Positions 25,633-39,500 are shown, counted from the whole stretch's first letter. The stretch is 62,902 bases of DNA, filler included, from Klebsormidium nitens (GCA_000708835.1; 7 parts of 7 records of this genome joined end to end with filler, not necessarily neighbours in it); one strand, 5' to 3'. Numbers and translations are program-made. Notes: generated by a model not told the origin, from the letters alone.

Positions 25633-26975
25633 GATAAAAAATACAAATATAGGATCCACTTGCGCGGAGTTTACCTTCGGTGATGGCTCCTGAAGCCTAT
25701 CCGAACTCTACGTATCATGAGTATCAACAGTAGCTTTCAATCGTGGCTCGGACCCTCCGTCTATGTCATGCACAGCCTCTGTAAGTTCGAAGGGGCTATG
25801 AAGATCTCGAAAGGCACCGCCTTGATTGCACGCGCGCCGTCCGCCGTTAGCCAATACTATAACAATAACAATAACAATGCCTGTAGCCTTACTCAGCGGC
25901 TGCAGCGTGCGCGGCCGCGCCGGGCCCGGCCCTGGCAGCACGCGGCGGCTGCGGCCGTGCAACCGTAACGGTCCGCGGCCATAGCCGCCCGCGGGCTCCG
26001 GCGCGGCGCGGTCCGATCGACACCCGTTAAGTTGCCAGCTAGTACGTGATTTCGTAGATCGACGGCCGAGATTAGACTTCCCATGAAATTGTCTGGTGCG
26101 CGAGCAGGGGTTTGTTGACTGGCTGGTCTGCAACTGCTGCAACTTGCCGGGCGCGCACCAGGCTGGCCGGACCCGTGCTGACCAATCGACGACGAGCTGC
26201 AGGACTCGACACCCTAGCAACGCCACTCAAATCATAGAGGCCCTATTATTCTGAGGATGACGTTGGTCTGACATCCAGCTCCTGATCCTGTCCCGTGTTA
26301 CTGAGTGACGATAAGTATGAATTGGAAAAGCCAGCAATCATTGAATGATTTACACTGAGTCATGAGCTGCTAGCTTTGTTTAATTGCTCTATGCAGCCAG
26401 TGTACTTGACCTAGTTCGCAAGCGGCCTGCACCTGAGGCAATGTGTATCCGATCGTAAAGTCCTGTGCACGTGTCGATCCGTGGCCACGTGAAGTTAGCA
26501 TGACTTAAAACTGATCCAATTGGCGGCAGTCCAGCCTGAGCTCCCTAGTACCTAAGCTCAGTTGTGAAAACCGTCATAGATGGTCAATTTATCTTCTTCA
26601 CACAGATATTCGTTTTGCCAGCAGGCTGTTGCAGGCTGTTGCTTAGTCACCGTGACGATTGAGTCACTGAGTGGCCAAGCGCTCAAAAGGGACTACAGAC
26701 AAGGCAAGGACATGACAACTTCTTCAGACTGCCTGGCATAAGGATAGCTGGCGGCCCCTTTCTTTATCAATACATCATGCCAGCTTGTTGAACGATGCGG
26801 ATGCACGCTTTGGCTATATATGGTGGATTTCTGCCCAACAGTGGGTTTAAGGACGTCCAAGAAGCTCTACGGCGGGTACAACGATTCTCTGTCTGATGAC
26901 CTGAAACATGGGGACATAGCTTACGTAGGAGCTGGCTGACTCTGCTGAAGCATTGTGAACTTTACGTTTGTGAAG

Positions 26976-27270
26976 GAGAAAGAGAGACTGCAATTGAAGG
27001 TTGCAAACTGTGGAGAGGACTATGATTCGCAGGTAAATAGGAAGTTGGGGCCCTTTCTGGGAGAAAAGATGGTGGTTCCTATAGGTCCCCTCAGAAAAGC
27101 GTCCCAATGCTCTGCTTTGCGGGAGAGAAAGAGAGACTGCCAAATCATAGGTTGGAAAGTAGGGAGAGGACTATGATCTGCACGGTTGAGTAGATACTTG
27201 GGGGCCCTTTCCTTGAGAAAAGATGGTGTCCCTGATAGAGCGCCTCAGAAAGGCGTCCCAATGCTCAGCT
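26976..27270 (+). repeat. Diverged tandem duplication, period 149 nt
   Basis: GAGAAAGAGAGACTGC at 26976 and 27125; GGGGGCCCTTTC..GAGAAAAGATGGTG and CCTCAGAAA.GCGTCCCAATGCTC occur in both copies. Confidence 0.8.
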
Positions 27271-28331
27271 TCGCAGGAGGGGACTGGCGAACCACCCGAA
27301 GCGGGCATGAGTGCGCTTACCTCAGCAAGGAAGTCAAGCACCAGCTATCCTGCGCCAGACTTAGAACAGGGAGAGGATGTGCAAGCGGCACCAGGGCAGA
27401 AGAAGAAAAGGTTTCTGAAGAAGTATGACATTCTCTTCCTTCGGCTGGCAATCATGGTGAGCAAATAGACAAGAGAATGCTTGGACTTGACACCACAAGC
27501 TGTCCCTATCCATAAATTTAGCAATCTAAGTGATGAACCTTCTGATATGATGAGACCTTATCACTCAATTTCCTTGTGCATTTTATTGGCCCCAGTCCTT
27601 GCATCCTTCTAACCAAATTGGTAAAGACACAACTCTACACCTTCTTACACTTGGTTTCCTAACTGTCAGTCAAATGGATCGAAGCTCAAACACGGGCAGG
27701 CAGTTCTTTCGAATCCGGTTACGTTCTCACTTCGAAAAGAAATACCGCCTAAGTCAAATGTGCTATAAGGCATTGCCAGAAGTCACAGGCTGGCCTTTCC
27801 AAAATGAACCTACTTTTCTGCGATTGCTGGCTGTGTATTCGAAGGACTTCTTATCTTCTGCGTACATGCTAACTTGACCAAGCCTAGCAGGCCTACTCTA
27901 CCAGCTCCCCTTCAATGCATAGGGCATTCTAGTCAGCGGAAAGAGGACTAAAGCGGACCAGTCAATGGTGCCACAGATAGGCCAAACTCAGTCTCAAATC
28001 AGCTAAAGCCTGAAATCCCCCGACCTGTGGTTGTAGAGAGCTGCAGTTGGAGAATCGCTTACGTATGGTTGTCAAGGGTGAATGATCCAAGACTTTTCGT
28101 GTTTGTCCAGAGGTCCTCAGATTTGAAGTTGAGTCACAAATTAGGTCCTAGCCTCAAGGAACAAACAGACGCGCAGGAGCCACGTACGAAACCCATTGGC
28201 AGAGTCTTCTTTCTCCGTACGCGAAATCAAAGAGAGTTGACTAAGCATCGCATATCTCTTTTATTCATTTTTTTCCGAGCACTTTTGCTACTGAATGTAG
28301 ATCTCTGACGAACCGCTCTTCGCGTGTGCAG

Positions 28332-31300
28332 TTTACGCTGGCCTGCCTCCTATCAGGCAGCACCGCCCTGAGTTTCTTCTTGAGCAGCGCAAGGTGCCGC
28401 GACTCGCTGACTCAGCTCGTCCAGTCGTATCAGAACGACCTCATCGAACGAACTTCGGACGACGTCTTCAATCTTTTCGGGAGTGGCGAACTTTGCGCGA
28501 GGTTCTTAGTGGGATCCATGCAAAGGATCCACGCTGCGCGAATAAATTGGACGAACGACACCATAGATGATCTGGTAAGCTTATCTGAGGCTATGGTTTA
28601 CCCTTCCTGTTCTAGTACCTGTTAATATGTACTGCAGGGCTTCCTTCATACAAACCGGTCGTTTCACTATGGCCTACTTCTCTTCTTTGCAGCTTTTGGC
28701 TCGAACATAGTGAAACTTCTGCTAAATTTCTATTCAATCTGGTGTTGAATGGCTTACTCGAGCAGGGAAGGTGCTTTACAGTGCACAGAATCAAGCTCAA
28801 TCTATTCCAAATGGCAACCTCTGATCAGTCATGACACAACCGCATGAGACAGTCTACGGTGGGTTTGATCAATGCTCTTAAACGCCGAAAGAGTATCGCA
28901 AGTAGCACAATCTGTGGCTTGAAAGGTCGAGCAGAGGAATTGGACTCTCTTTGATTTCGAGAGAGGTTTGCAACTGGCAAATTCTGTCGTTTGAAAGGTC
29001 GAACAGAAGAGGGAACTCCTGTGAAAAGGCGCCTTTGAAAGGCCTGCGGCTCCGTTGTGATGTGACACTTATCGTATCTGCAATCGAAGTCGGATTCACA
29101 TTGCGCATTCCGAGAACAGCTTTTCTGAAGAGTGCACAAATGATAAGGCGCTTCGCAGGCGCCTTTTCAAGAATGGAGCGTCATTGGCGTCGCTTAGTGC
29201 AAGACCGCCAATATTTTCGCCGCAATATTTTCTCCGCGCTATTTTCACCGTAAGATTTCCACCGCAGATCAAAGAAGCAATCTTCGGCACCTTCACCGAC
29301 TGCGCTCAGACGTCCTCGCTCGGGTTCTTCAAGGGAGACGGCACTTACATTTCGATCAGCTCGAGTGACAAATTCACGCTGGGGAATAGTACTACGTCAA
29401 GTCGTATCCAAATGATGTTCAACAACGAGACGACGCCCGCAGGTCAACTGCCTCGAAGGTTTACTACGGTGAGGCATATGTTCTAACGTGGCTTGAAAAT
29501 CGCTTTGAAGCTGGATTGTGCTGTCTGGAAACCCTTCCATCTATCGCCATTGTGCTGTCCGCAAAGCCTTGTGCTGTCGTATTAAAGTGTGGAAGAACTT
29601 CAAGGGTGCGCAGACTTATGCGCTTCAGTGATCGGTTTCGAACGCAGCACGTTTACCAGATCGACAATAGACGAAGTTTCCGCCCTTATTCACGGTTGGT
29701 GGAACGGAAGCTAGCTAACCAGACGTGAACGGTCCTCGCCTAGAAGAAGGACAGCCAACCAATTGACTAACCAGCTGTCTTGGTTGACGATGGTCTCTTG
29801 CTGCAAAAATCTAATAGCCGACCATGCCAGGCAAAGCAGGAGTTGATTTCAATCACCTGCGCACAGCGGATTTTTAAGGGCTCACGGTGTCCGCCAAAGC
29901 TCCAAAATGACTACTTTCCTAACCACGCTTTGTTAGAGAGAAACTAGTACTGGAAGTACGCGGCTCTAGTTTGACCCACGAGTTAAGGAGCCTGAAAGAG
30001 CCGATACCAACCATGCTCTTCAGGGACGGGCAGACTTTCCACGCATTTGGCGCCCTGTCAATCAATGAGACTGGTCACATGAAATCATTGATCAGATGCT
30101 CTCACAGTACCGACATCAGTGCAGATGCGAAAATTTCGCCTAGCTCGCTTCGAATATTGTGCTGGATATTCGTTCACCTACGCTGGAAAATCTAGCATGT
30201 TTACCCGTTTAGCGCCAAAGAAGCAGAATTTTGCACTTGCAACTTGCACTGTTCTTTTCGCAGCTTACCGATCTCGCGCAAACGTTTTGGACAATGAAGG
30301 ATTGAGAGAACTCTACGAAATCTTTACAAGAATCCCGAGGGCCACTCTTACCGGAAACACGGGCTCTCTTGCTTTGTCGGCCATTCAGAAGCCACTTTCG
30401 GACGTCTCGCTACAGTAGATTGAAATGTTATCCTACTCTCTGGATCCCTCCTCTTTGGGCGATAAGTACCCCTGATCTCTGTAACGTCCTCACTCTTGTG
30501 CGACATCTAACCCTACTCTTCGTAACCCTCCTCTTTCAGCAATACTAACTCTCCACTTTTTGCGACAGTACCTGGCAGAAGACACGGGCGAGCCCCTCAG
30601 CCCGCCGCGCGAAGTCGCGCGGCTCGACCCGCGCGCGCGCGACTGGTACAATCAGGCACTGCACAGCGCAGACGGGCTGGCTGAGCAAGTTTTGGTCGGC
30701 ATAAGCGGGCGGCCGCAGTTGTCCCTCGGGAGACGCGTTACCCACCCGACCAACGGCCGAGTCTTGGGCGTGATTGGATTGTCCTTTTACCTGACGACGA
30801 TTAGTCGCTACATGAGCGAGTTCGACCTAAAGGGGGGGCTGATGTATGTAACAAATGGGACCATGCTAGTTGCAGACACAGTCGGGGATTACGCGGCGGC
30901 CACCAACGTTTCGACGGGGGGCCTTTTGCCGGCCAGCCAGTCGAGCAGTCTAGTTGTGCGCGAGTCGTTTGCATATCTGAAGAGCGTGGGGCAGGGTAAT
31001 ATGAACGTGTACTCACTGAGCGGGGGGCAGGGTATAAACGCGTCCGACGCGAGTAGTACGTTCCGCGAGGTGCGCCTGGGCGGGGCGCCGTACTTTTTGC
31101 AGTACAAGTACCTGCAATTCCGCAACATCGTTCTACGGCAGGTGCGTGGTCTCGATCCTTATGGTGAAATACGGCTACAAAGCAGCGATAGCGAGTCTTA
31201 ATATGCAAATATGCTAACTTCCATTCAAGCATATGACGTTTCTCGACTTGTCGGCACGAAAAATTCCGTTTTACCTTCCGGTCCTCCAATGGCCATGGTG

Positions 31301-34300
31301 AATCTAGCATACTTAGAGTGAGCATCAATCAGAAGAGAGGACATGAGGGGAAAAGAAGGGGATTTGGCAGTCCCGTCCCATCTTGTCCACGTACTTTTCC
31401 TTGATCCTGTGAACAAGATTATACATAATCTTATGTTGATTCAGGTCATGCCCGGAAGACGAGTGCGAGGCGCATGAACTTTGAATATCGGTTTTTTGTT
31501 TTTTATGAGCCCGGGGAACTAATTATCTAACTCAGCATACACCTGGTTCAACATAAAATTGGGACTTTTTGGCAGGTCATGGTCCTCCCGCGCGACTCCA
31601 TCATGCGGCCCATAGACAGCGGCGCGCGTTACACCAAAGCAATCGTCATCGGCGTAACGGCCGCGACCTGCGCGCTAGGGTTTCTGCTGATCGTGCTGTT
31701 CACGGATCCTGTCAGCAAGGAGATGCGGCTCAAGGCGCAAGTGATTGAGAATCTGGAGGGGAGGCGGCAGGCGGAGGCGCGAGAGGATTTCAAGACGAAG
31801 TTTCTGGCGAGGACCAGGTGAATGATCTATTCAATAAGCAAAACCCTATCCAAAACCCTTTTCTCTAGAGCATGCACGTGCCAGCTTTTAGCGTGACGAC
31901 ACAGCTTTGATACGCCGAGCGTTCGGATCCATTTCGATCCAGATTAGATCTAATTCTGTCCGAGCCCACATCCGAACCGCACAATTCGGATCTGGTTCGG
32001 ACCTGGTCTGGAGAAAGCCTTTTTCTAAAATCTGAGCCTTGGAGCGGAAGTCAGTACTTCTTCCCCACAGTGACAAGACAGAATGCTAGTGGTGTGTCGT
32101 TCATAATTTTCACAGATCGACAAAGCTGTGCGTTGTCCGATCTTCAGAATAAGTTCTTGCCAAGGTTGAAAAGTCGGAGCTGAAGATTAGGGGTCTCCAA
32201 CGTGCCAATCACTCTTGCGTACTTGATTCCACTTTGAAGCGCTTGACCTTCAAGCCGGGAGGGTTCTTAGGAGGAATAGGTAAACGAGCTAGTCGGCGTT
32301 TTCGCATTTGTCTTCTTTATCAAAAAAAAATTTAGGAATTTCGATATACGAGCTTGTCAATCTATTCCGCATCACATAGGAGGGGTGTGGCTGCTGATAA
32401 GGCTTGATAAGCAGATCTTTGAGACCGGTTATTTGTCCAAAGCTCGGGCTGCGAGCATGTTAAAAGGCCGGTTCCTGCTCGAAGCTGGTCACTTTACTTC
32501 TAACCAACTATGATCAATCAGCTCCAATATTAACGGAGCTTGCTTAACCGGCCTTGATTGACCAACCTTGGTTAAGCGCCGAAACCGAAAGACATATTGC
32601 GTGCAGCCATGATCTTCGGACCCCCTCCGCGGCTATGCTGGGGCTGCTCGATGTGATTTTGGAGTCTTCGCTGGAGACCGATCAAGCGGACCGAGTGAAG
32701 CAAGTCAAAGAGTGCGCGCTCACACAGCTCAAACTGCTGAACGACATCCTGGATTTCAGCAAGGTCAGGACGAAATCTCAACAACCACCCTCCCTGTTCT
32801 AGCGATTGTTCTGATGAAATACTTTCTCAGAACCGGCAGTTTCAGCTTTGAACGTTCTATCTTTTGTGCTACATAGCTTTTGACTTGAACCGACTGGAAG
32901 TCCGCTTTCTTTGTATTTTCCTACTGGACGGCCTACTGGATTAGGAGGGCGATTTTCTGAGTATCGATGTCAACTTTGAAGATGACTTCACAGGCGATCG
33001 GAAAGGTTGACCAGCTTCTATGCTCTTTCACAACCTTCCGCAGGAACAAGACTCGTTTGGTCTTTCTCCGTTCGATTCTAGCATAACTGCCGGTGTTCCT
33101 TGCGAGACAGCACAGGAGCGTGCAAATTTTGCGCAAAGCTTCCTTCGGGGGCATCTAAGACTCTGGTTTCGCAAAGCGGAGCATGCGAAGATGCTTCGAG
33201 AAGAATGATTCACATCTTTTCTTTGCTGTCCTTTAAATCTCTGGACCAAGGCACAAACACCTGAACTGAAGAGCAGGATATCAATGAATTCCGAACGTCT
33301 TGAGACCAGGTCTTTAACTGCTTGCCGCTTGCTGAGGCCAAAAGGGCGCTTGGTGAATATTCAACTGGTGCACGAGAGCACATTGCGAGTCGCAAAAGCC
33401 CTATCTTTTGTGGAAACCATTCAGTTAACTCGTTCCGGTTCCATTCCCTGTGCAGATTGAAGCAGGAAAGATGCAGCTCGAGAACGAGCTGTTCGACATA
33501 GGCAATCTGCTAGAGTCGCTGGTTGATATCTTCAGCGTACAATGCACAGCAAAGGGTCTAGAAGTTGGCTTGGACATGGACAGTGAGCATATTCGCACTC
33601 GCTTCGCCCAACGATCCAAACCCCTTGTCCTAGTCTTTGTTCTGTATAACATATTCATACAAACGGGCCTTTTTAGCATGTTCTAACACCCTTCTATGCA
33701 ACTTTCGGTCAAAATGTGCGCTTTGCATGCAAGTTCGTGCTAAAACGGGTTACTAGAACCGGCGGGGTGAATGTCAGTGTCGATCTTCAGAAGCAGTTTG
33801 CCTCCTCTCGTGCTCATTTTTGTTCATCGCTCAACTGCAAGCATCTACATGCGGGTGAAATCTGACACGCAAGGGCAACTCCATGGATCATCTTTAACGT
33901 CACTTCAAACTTGAAGCGTCACAAATCCGTCTTACGCAGCGCTCTGTCAAATTCATGAACCGTTTTTGTAACGTTTACTGACAGTGCTGCCCACGGTTCC
34001 AGGCAATCTAATCTAATCACCGCACTTGATAAAGAAGATTCTGGGATCTTTGGAATTCACTATTCTCGGATCCACTCTGATCAAGTCCAAGCAGGATAAA
34101 CGTTCTCAGATTCGGCTGAGAAAGAAACATCTCAGACTTGCTACTCTTCTGCGCAGACGCGGTTCCAAGGATGGTGCGAGGTGATTCGACGCGTTGCAGA
34201 CAGATCTTCACGAACCTGCTAAGCAACAGTATCAAGTTTACTAAGGTTGGAGCTTTCTCTAGTCTCTTTCGATCCCGTACACTTCACATAACGGATTCAG

Positions 34301-35852
34301 AACTCACCTAGCATGCACAGCAACGGTCTCTCCCTTATCTGACGCGTTAAACCTTCAGTTCGCGTACTGGTGCTTGTAGTGCTGTGCTGAATCGGGCCTG
34401 ATTTTCCGCCTTCTGCTTTTCTCAAGACCCTGCCGAAAAGGTTGCCGCTGCTTCTGGCTATGAACTTACGAGTTTTGACGCGTTACGAAATCGTTCGCGG
34501 ATTGCTGCTTTGTAGTGCGGGGGCTTTAGTTGGTCTGATACTCCGCCTTTCCGCTGTTTCTAAGATTCTGCCGAGTAGGTTGGCGCTGCTTCTGGCTATG
34601 AACTTTAAACTTCTGACGCATTACGAAAGTATTTGCGGACTGCGACTTGTAGCGCGGGACTCTCATATTCCGCGCTTCCGCTCATTCTCAGAGTCGGCCC
34701 AAAGGGAATCGCTGCTTCTCGCTAGGATCTGACCCAACATGTGCGAAGTTAAAGTGACGGACTCTCAGAACGTAAGAAGGAAGGACATGGACTTCCGGGC
34801 AACCCTCCCGAGCCCTCTTGGCTACAAACCCCAAGGAATCGACGGCTAAACCGTCCGGAGAGACCGTTTCCGAACTTTGCCTCTGAAAGAGTATAACTGA
34901 GGGGTGTCATCGAAATTGACCAGTGCCGGGTTCCTGCGTTCTCCTTCAAACCGTTCTCTCACCGTTGTTCCTTTCGACCGCCCTCTCACAGGAAGGCTAC
35001 GTACTTCAGCGCTGCTATCCAGGCCAATGTTACAGACTACGATTGATATTGTGAACATCGAACAGCTGCGGCACGATCTTGGTCACTTTGAACTTCTGCG
35101 ATCCGCCTGTCACAAGCAGGAAGGCTACGTACTTGTGCGCTGCTACCCGCTCCCCGAAATCGACGCCCGTGCCAGCCATGACTTTATCGAGGTGTTCCCG
35201 GAGGGCCCCCAGGTCCGCATCGGCTTCGAAATCGAAGACACGGGGTGCGGAATTCCGGCGGAGAAGCGCGACCTCGTCTTCCAAGATTACTGCCAGGCGG
35301 AAGCGTCTACTACGCGCAACCACGGCGGAACCGGATTGGGTTTGGGGATCGTGAAAACTTTGGTCGAAATGATGGGCGGCCAGATCGCGATCGTCGACAA
35401 AAGCGGTCCAGGTACGCTGTTCCGCTTCCACCTGGAGTTCCGGCGCGATTCCGCGCCGCCGAGCGAGCCCGTCACGCCGCGAACGCTCGCGCGCCGCGCG
35501 CGCCCGTCGTTCCTCCAGGAGCCACGCGCGTTCGCGCGCTTCCGCGTTGTGCTCGCGAGCGGCCGCGCGTTGTCGCGTTCGCTCGCCGCGGCCGCGCTGC
35601 GCCGGCAGGGCGCGGCCGTGGTCGAGGCGGCGTCTTGGGGGGAAGCCCTCGACGAGCTGCGTTCCGCAGCGGAACGGGCAGGGGGGCACACCGGAAACGG
35701 AACGGAGTCGCCGGAATGGGCCGGGGGCGCTAGCAAACACGGACCGCCCTTGTACTGCGCGTTGCTCGCGCTGTCGCTTCTCCCAAAGGAGCTGAGCGTG
35801 GAACAACTAGAGACGGCGGCGATACAAGTGCGCGAGGCGGTCGGAGGAGAGG
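28332..35852 (+). CDS. Membrane-bound histidine kinase, AHK1/CKI1-like (TM - extracellular dCache - TM - HisKA - HATPase - receiver-like), 5'- and 3'-incomplete; exons 28332-28574, 29268-29468, 30569-31141, 31576-31817, 32607-32763, 33457-33582, 34157-34245, 35120-35852
   Basis: TM1 FTLACLLSGSTALSFF; Cache DPRARDWY...GRVLGVIG; TM2 AIVIGVTAATCALGFLLIVLF; H-box SHDLRTP; LLNDILDFSK/IEAGK; N-box RQIFTNLLSNSIKFT; G1 IEDTGCGI; G2 HGGTGLGLGIV; degenerate receiver (RVVLASG...VVEAASW) as in AHK1. Exon phases are consistent. The first exon was not identified, and the true REC is presumably beyond the contig end at 36434. Confidence 0.88.
34442..34725 (+). repeat. Intronic tandem duplication, period ~138/126 nt
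   Basis: CGCTGCTTCTGGCTATGAACTT at 34446 and 34584; partial third copy at 34710. Confidence 0.75.
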
Positions 35853-36534
35853 GTAAGATACTCAGAACCTCTAGAAACACGCCCCTGTCAAGGTTATTTG
35901 AGTTGTTCAAATTGTTTGTTTATAAGTTGAACTGGCAAGTTTTCTCAAGCCGTCTTGATATACAGAAACGTGTCCCATTTTGGGTACGGTTGAATGGAGG
36001 TCTTGGATTGAACTTAGTAAAGATTTCTTTGAAGTCAGATCCTGCCAACAACGAAATACTTGGACAGGGGGTTTCGTTTAAGGTGACGTAACGGGAAACG
36101 GTGAAGAAAAGAACGTTGAACGGGGGAAATCTTGACGTGGATCGAAGTAAAGCCTTTGCCCCATGTTTGGAGCTTGCTTGGTTGTCCTTTTTGGTTGACA
36201 CCCGAATCGGTCTGGCTCTCTCATCGCCGCTAATTGAGAATGTTGGCTGAAGTTTAGCACCCCCCGCAATTGTTCCGTAGAACACAAGTCGCCCCGAAGT
36301 GGGCGAATCTGTAAATCTGTTCTGTGGCAAGCTTCGAGATCTGTGCGTGCCTGCTTTGAAAGCGAGCTTATATATTAAGTGCAGCACGTTTGAACACTCT
36401 TTGGTCGAACAGCTCTCCTCGTTGATTCGATGAGNNNNNNNNNNNNNNNNNNNNNNNNNNNNNNNNNNNNNNNNNNNNTTAATTAATTAANNNNNNNNNN
36501 NNNNNNNNNNNNNNNNNNNNNNNNNNNNNNNNNN

Positions 36535-39500
36535 CAGCATGAGCAAATGCTGAAGAACTCCGTTGAGTCGGAGGAGGGCAGCGGAGCCGGGGCCGGGGTG
36601 GCATATGCCGCTAGAGCCGGTAACGGAGGGGGCAAGGGCAAGGGGAGAAAGGCTTCGATGGCTTGCCACAAGTGTGGTGAGTTGGGGCACTTCGAGCGGG
36701 AGTGCAAGAAGGGGGCTCAAGGGCCTCAAGGGTCAAAGGAGTCCGGAAAGCCAAAGTTCCGGAAAGGCCGCGAGTGCTACGGTTGCGGAAGCACCGACCA
36801 CATCCTCAAGGATTGCCCCAAGGGAGGGGGATCGGGGTCCAACCGCGGGGCCGCCTCATGGCGGGAGACGGAGTAGGGGCCGGGACGGGGAAGTGGGTTC
36901 TAAACTCGGGGGCCACCCAACACATGAGCGGGGACAAGGGGAAGTTCACAACCCTCAAGATGCTAGAAACCGGATCGCGGAGGATTCGGATAGCAAACGG
37001 TACGTATGTGGACGTAGCCGGAGAGGGGACGGTCGAGTTGCGGTGTCTAACGCCAACGGGCGTGAGGGTCAACACTCTTCTTGATGTGTTGTATGTTCCC
37101 GGCGTGGTTGACAACCTCTTCTCGGTGACGAGGGCTACCGACGTCGGCGTGGTGCTTGGGTTCAAGCGAGACGTGTGCCAAGGCTTCTTGAACGGTGAGA
37201 TCATCTTCCGTGCGGAGCAAGGGTTGGGCTTGTTTGAGGTGTGTGAAGCGGAGCCCGATGTGGACGCGTGCATGCTTGTGAGGGAGGCCGAGACCGCGGA
37301 GTTGTGGCACCGGCGGCTTGGGCACGCCGGGTATGAGGGTTTGGCTAAGATGGTCGAGGGAGACCTAGTCCGGGGTGTGGGGGTGAAAGCCGAGGCGTTT
37401 CGGGAGAAGAAACCCTTGGTGTGTGAACCTTACATCATGGGGAAGCAAACCCGGGAGTCGTTTCCTAGGGAGTCGGACTCCAAGGAGAGCACGGAACCCC
37501 TCGAGCTCGTGCACATGGATGTGTGCGGGCCCATGCCGGTGGCGTCGCCCGGGGGGTGTAGGTGGTTGGCCACTTTCCTAGACGACTACACCAAGCTCTC
37601 GGTGGTGCAACCGTTGAAGAAGAAGAGCGAGGTGACGGAGGCCACGGAGAGGGTGTTTGCCCGGTTGGAGTTGCAATCCGGGAAGAAGGTCAAGTCGGTT
37701 CAAACGGACCGCGGGGGGGAGGACGTCAACGAGAAGATGACGGCTTTTCTCGGCAAGAAAGGAACGGTGCAACGCACTACGGCGGGGCACTCTCCCGAAC
37801 AAAACGGGTCGGCGGAGCGGTTGAACCGAACCCTTGAGGAAAGGGCACGGGCCTTGCTAGAGGACGCCGGCTTGGGAGGGGAGTATTGGGCGGAAGCNNN
37901 NNNNNNNNNNNNNNNNNNNNNNNNNNNNNNNNNNNNNNNNNNNNNNNNNNNNNNNNNNNNNNNNNNNNNNNNNNNNNNNNNNNNNNNNNNNNNNNNNNNN
38001 NNNNNNNNNNNNNNNNNNNNNNNNNNNNNNNNNNNNNNNNNNNNNNNNNNNNNNNNNNNNNNNNNNNNNNNNNNNNNNNNNNNNNNNNNNNNNNNNNNNN
38101 NNNNNNNNNNNNNNNNNNNNNNNNNNNNNNNNNNNNNNNNNNNNNNNNNNNNNNNNNNNNNNNNNNNNNNNNNNNNNNNNNNNNNNNNNNNNNNNNNNNN
38201 NNNNNNNNNNNNNNNNNNNNNNNNNNNNNNNNNNNNNNNNNNNNNNNNNNNNNNNNNNNNNNNNNNNNNNNNNNNNNNNNNNNNNNNNNNNNNNNNNNNN
38301 NNNNNNNNNNACCCTTGAGGAAAGGGCACGGGCCTTGCTAGAGGACGCCGGCTTGGGAGGGGAGTATTGGGCGGAAGCGATGGTGACCGCTAACTATACC
38401 CGGAATCGGGTGCCCTCGAGCGTGCACGGGAAGACCCCGTATGAGATGTTCTACGGGGAGAGGCCGGACCTTAGCCACATGAGGGTGTTTGGCGCGCGGG
38501 CCTATATCCACGTCCCCAAGGAAAACCGGAAGAAGTTGGAGCCGGTGAGCGAACGGGGGGTCTTCCTAGGGTATGTGCCGAACGCGAAGGCCTACCGGGT
38601 CTTGAAGGAGAGGACCGGAGTTGTGATTGTCTCCCGGGACGTCGTTGTGGACGAGCGGGGGCCCTCCGGGGTCGTTGAGCTTGGCTCCGCCCCGGGGAAG
38701 GAGGAGGGGGGTGCTCGCGACCCTAGTCGTGTGAGCTCCCCGACTCAGATGGGTGCAGGGTTTACCCCTACGGGGGAGGCCGGCACTCAGCCCGGTGTAG
38801 GGGCTACTCCTACGGGGGAGGCCGGCACCGGGAGCGAGGAGTCCGTTTTGATGGAGGGCGCCGATGAGAGCGGCGAAGTCGTGGAAGAGCCGGTGGTCAC
38901 CCCGGCGGATTTGGGGGCGAGGAGAAACCCCCCTCGAGAGAGGAGATCGCCGGAGCGTTTTAGGGTTAACCTCGCGGCGGAAGGGGTTAGCGATAACCCG
39001 CCAAAGGGGTCGGGGGAGCACCCGGAGCCCCAAAGCTATCAGGAAGCCGTAGGGGGAGAAGAGCTCTGGCGGTTGTCTATGGACGAGGAGATGCGGTCTT
39101 TGTTGGAGAACGGGACTTGGGAGCTCGTCGAAAAACCGGAGGGGGTGAAGCCGGTTCCCATGAAGTGGGTTTACAAGATTAAGCGGGATGCGCTTGGAAC
39201 GTGGAGCGGTATAAGTCTCGATTGGTGGCGAAAAGGTACATGCAAAAGCAAGGAATTGACTTCGAGGAGGTCTACGCCCCGGTGAGCAAGCACACAACCT
39301 TGAGGGCGCTTCTCGTGGTGGTTGCGGCGCGTGACCTAGAGCTTCACCAACTCGACGTCAAGACGGCGTTCCTCAACGGCGAGTTGGAGGAGAGGATCTA
39401 CATGCAGCAGCCGCAGGGGTACGAGCAAGGCGGGCCGGAGATGGTTTGCCTCCTCAAGCACTCCCTTTACGGGTTGCGCCAGGCGCCGCGGGCTTGGTAC

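Noticed and set aside
25717-26226. ORFs with poly-Asn and GC-rich stretches as the first exon of the kinase
   Set aside because: No homology or convincing donor linking them to 28332; more likely promoter/UTR sequence.
35852-36600. Copia insertion disrupting the histidine kinase before its receiver domain
   Set aside because: The junction is an artificial spacer, so the kinase simply runs off its contig.
36840-36880. Programmed gag-pol frameshift or readthrough in the copia
   Set aside because: Copia gag-pol is normally one ORF. A 1-nt deletion in the A(F/L)MA motif explains the shift, there is no slippery heptamer, and the copy has other lesions.
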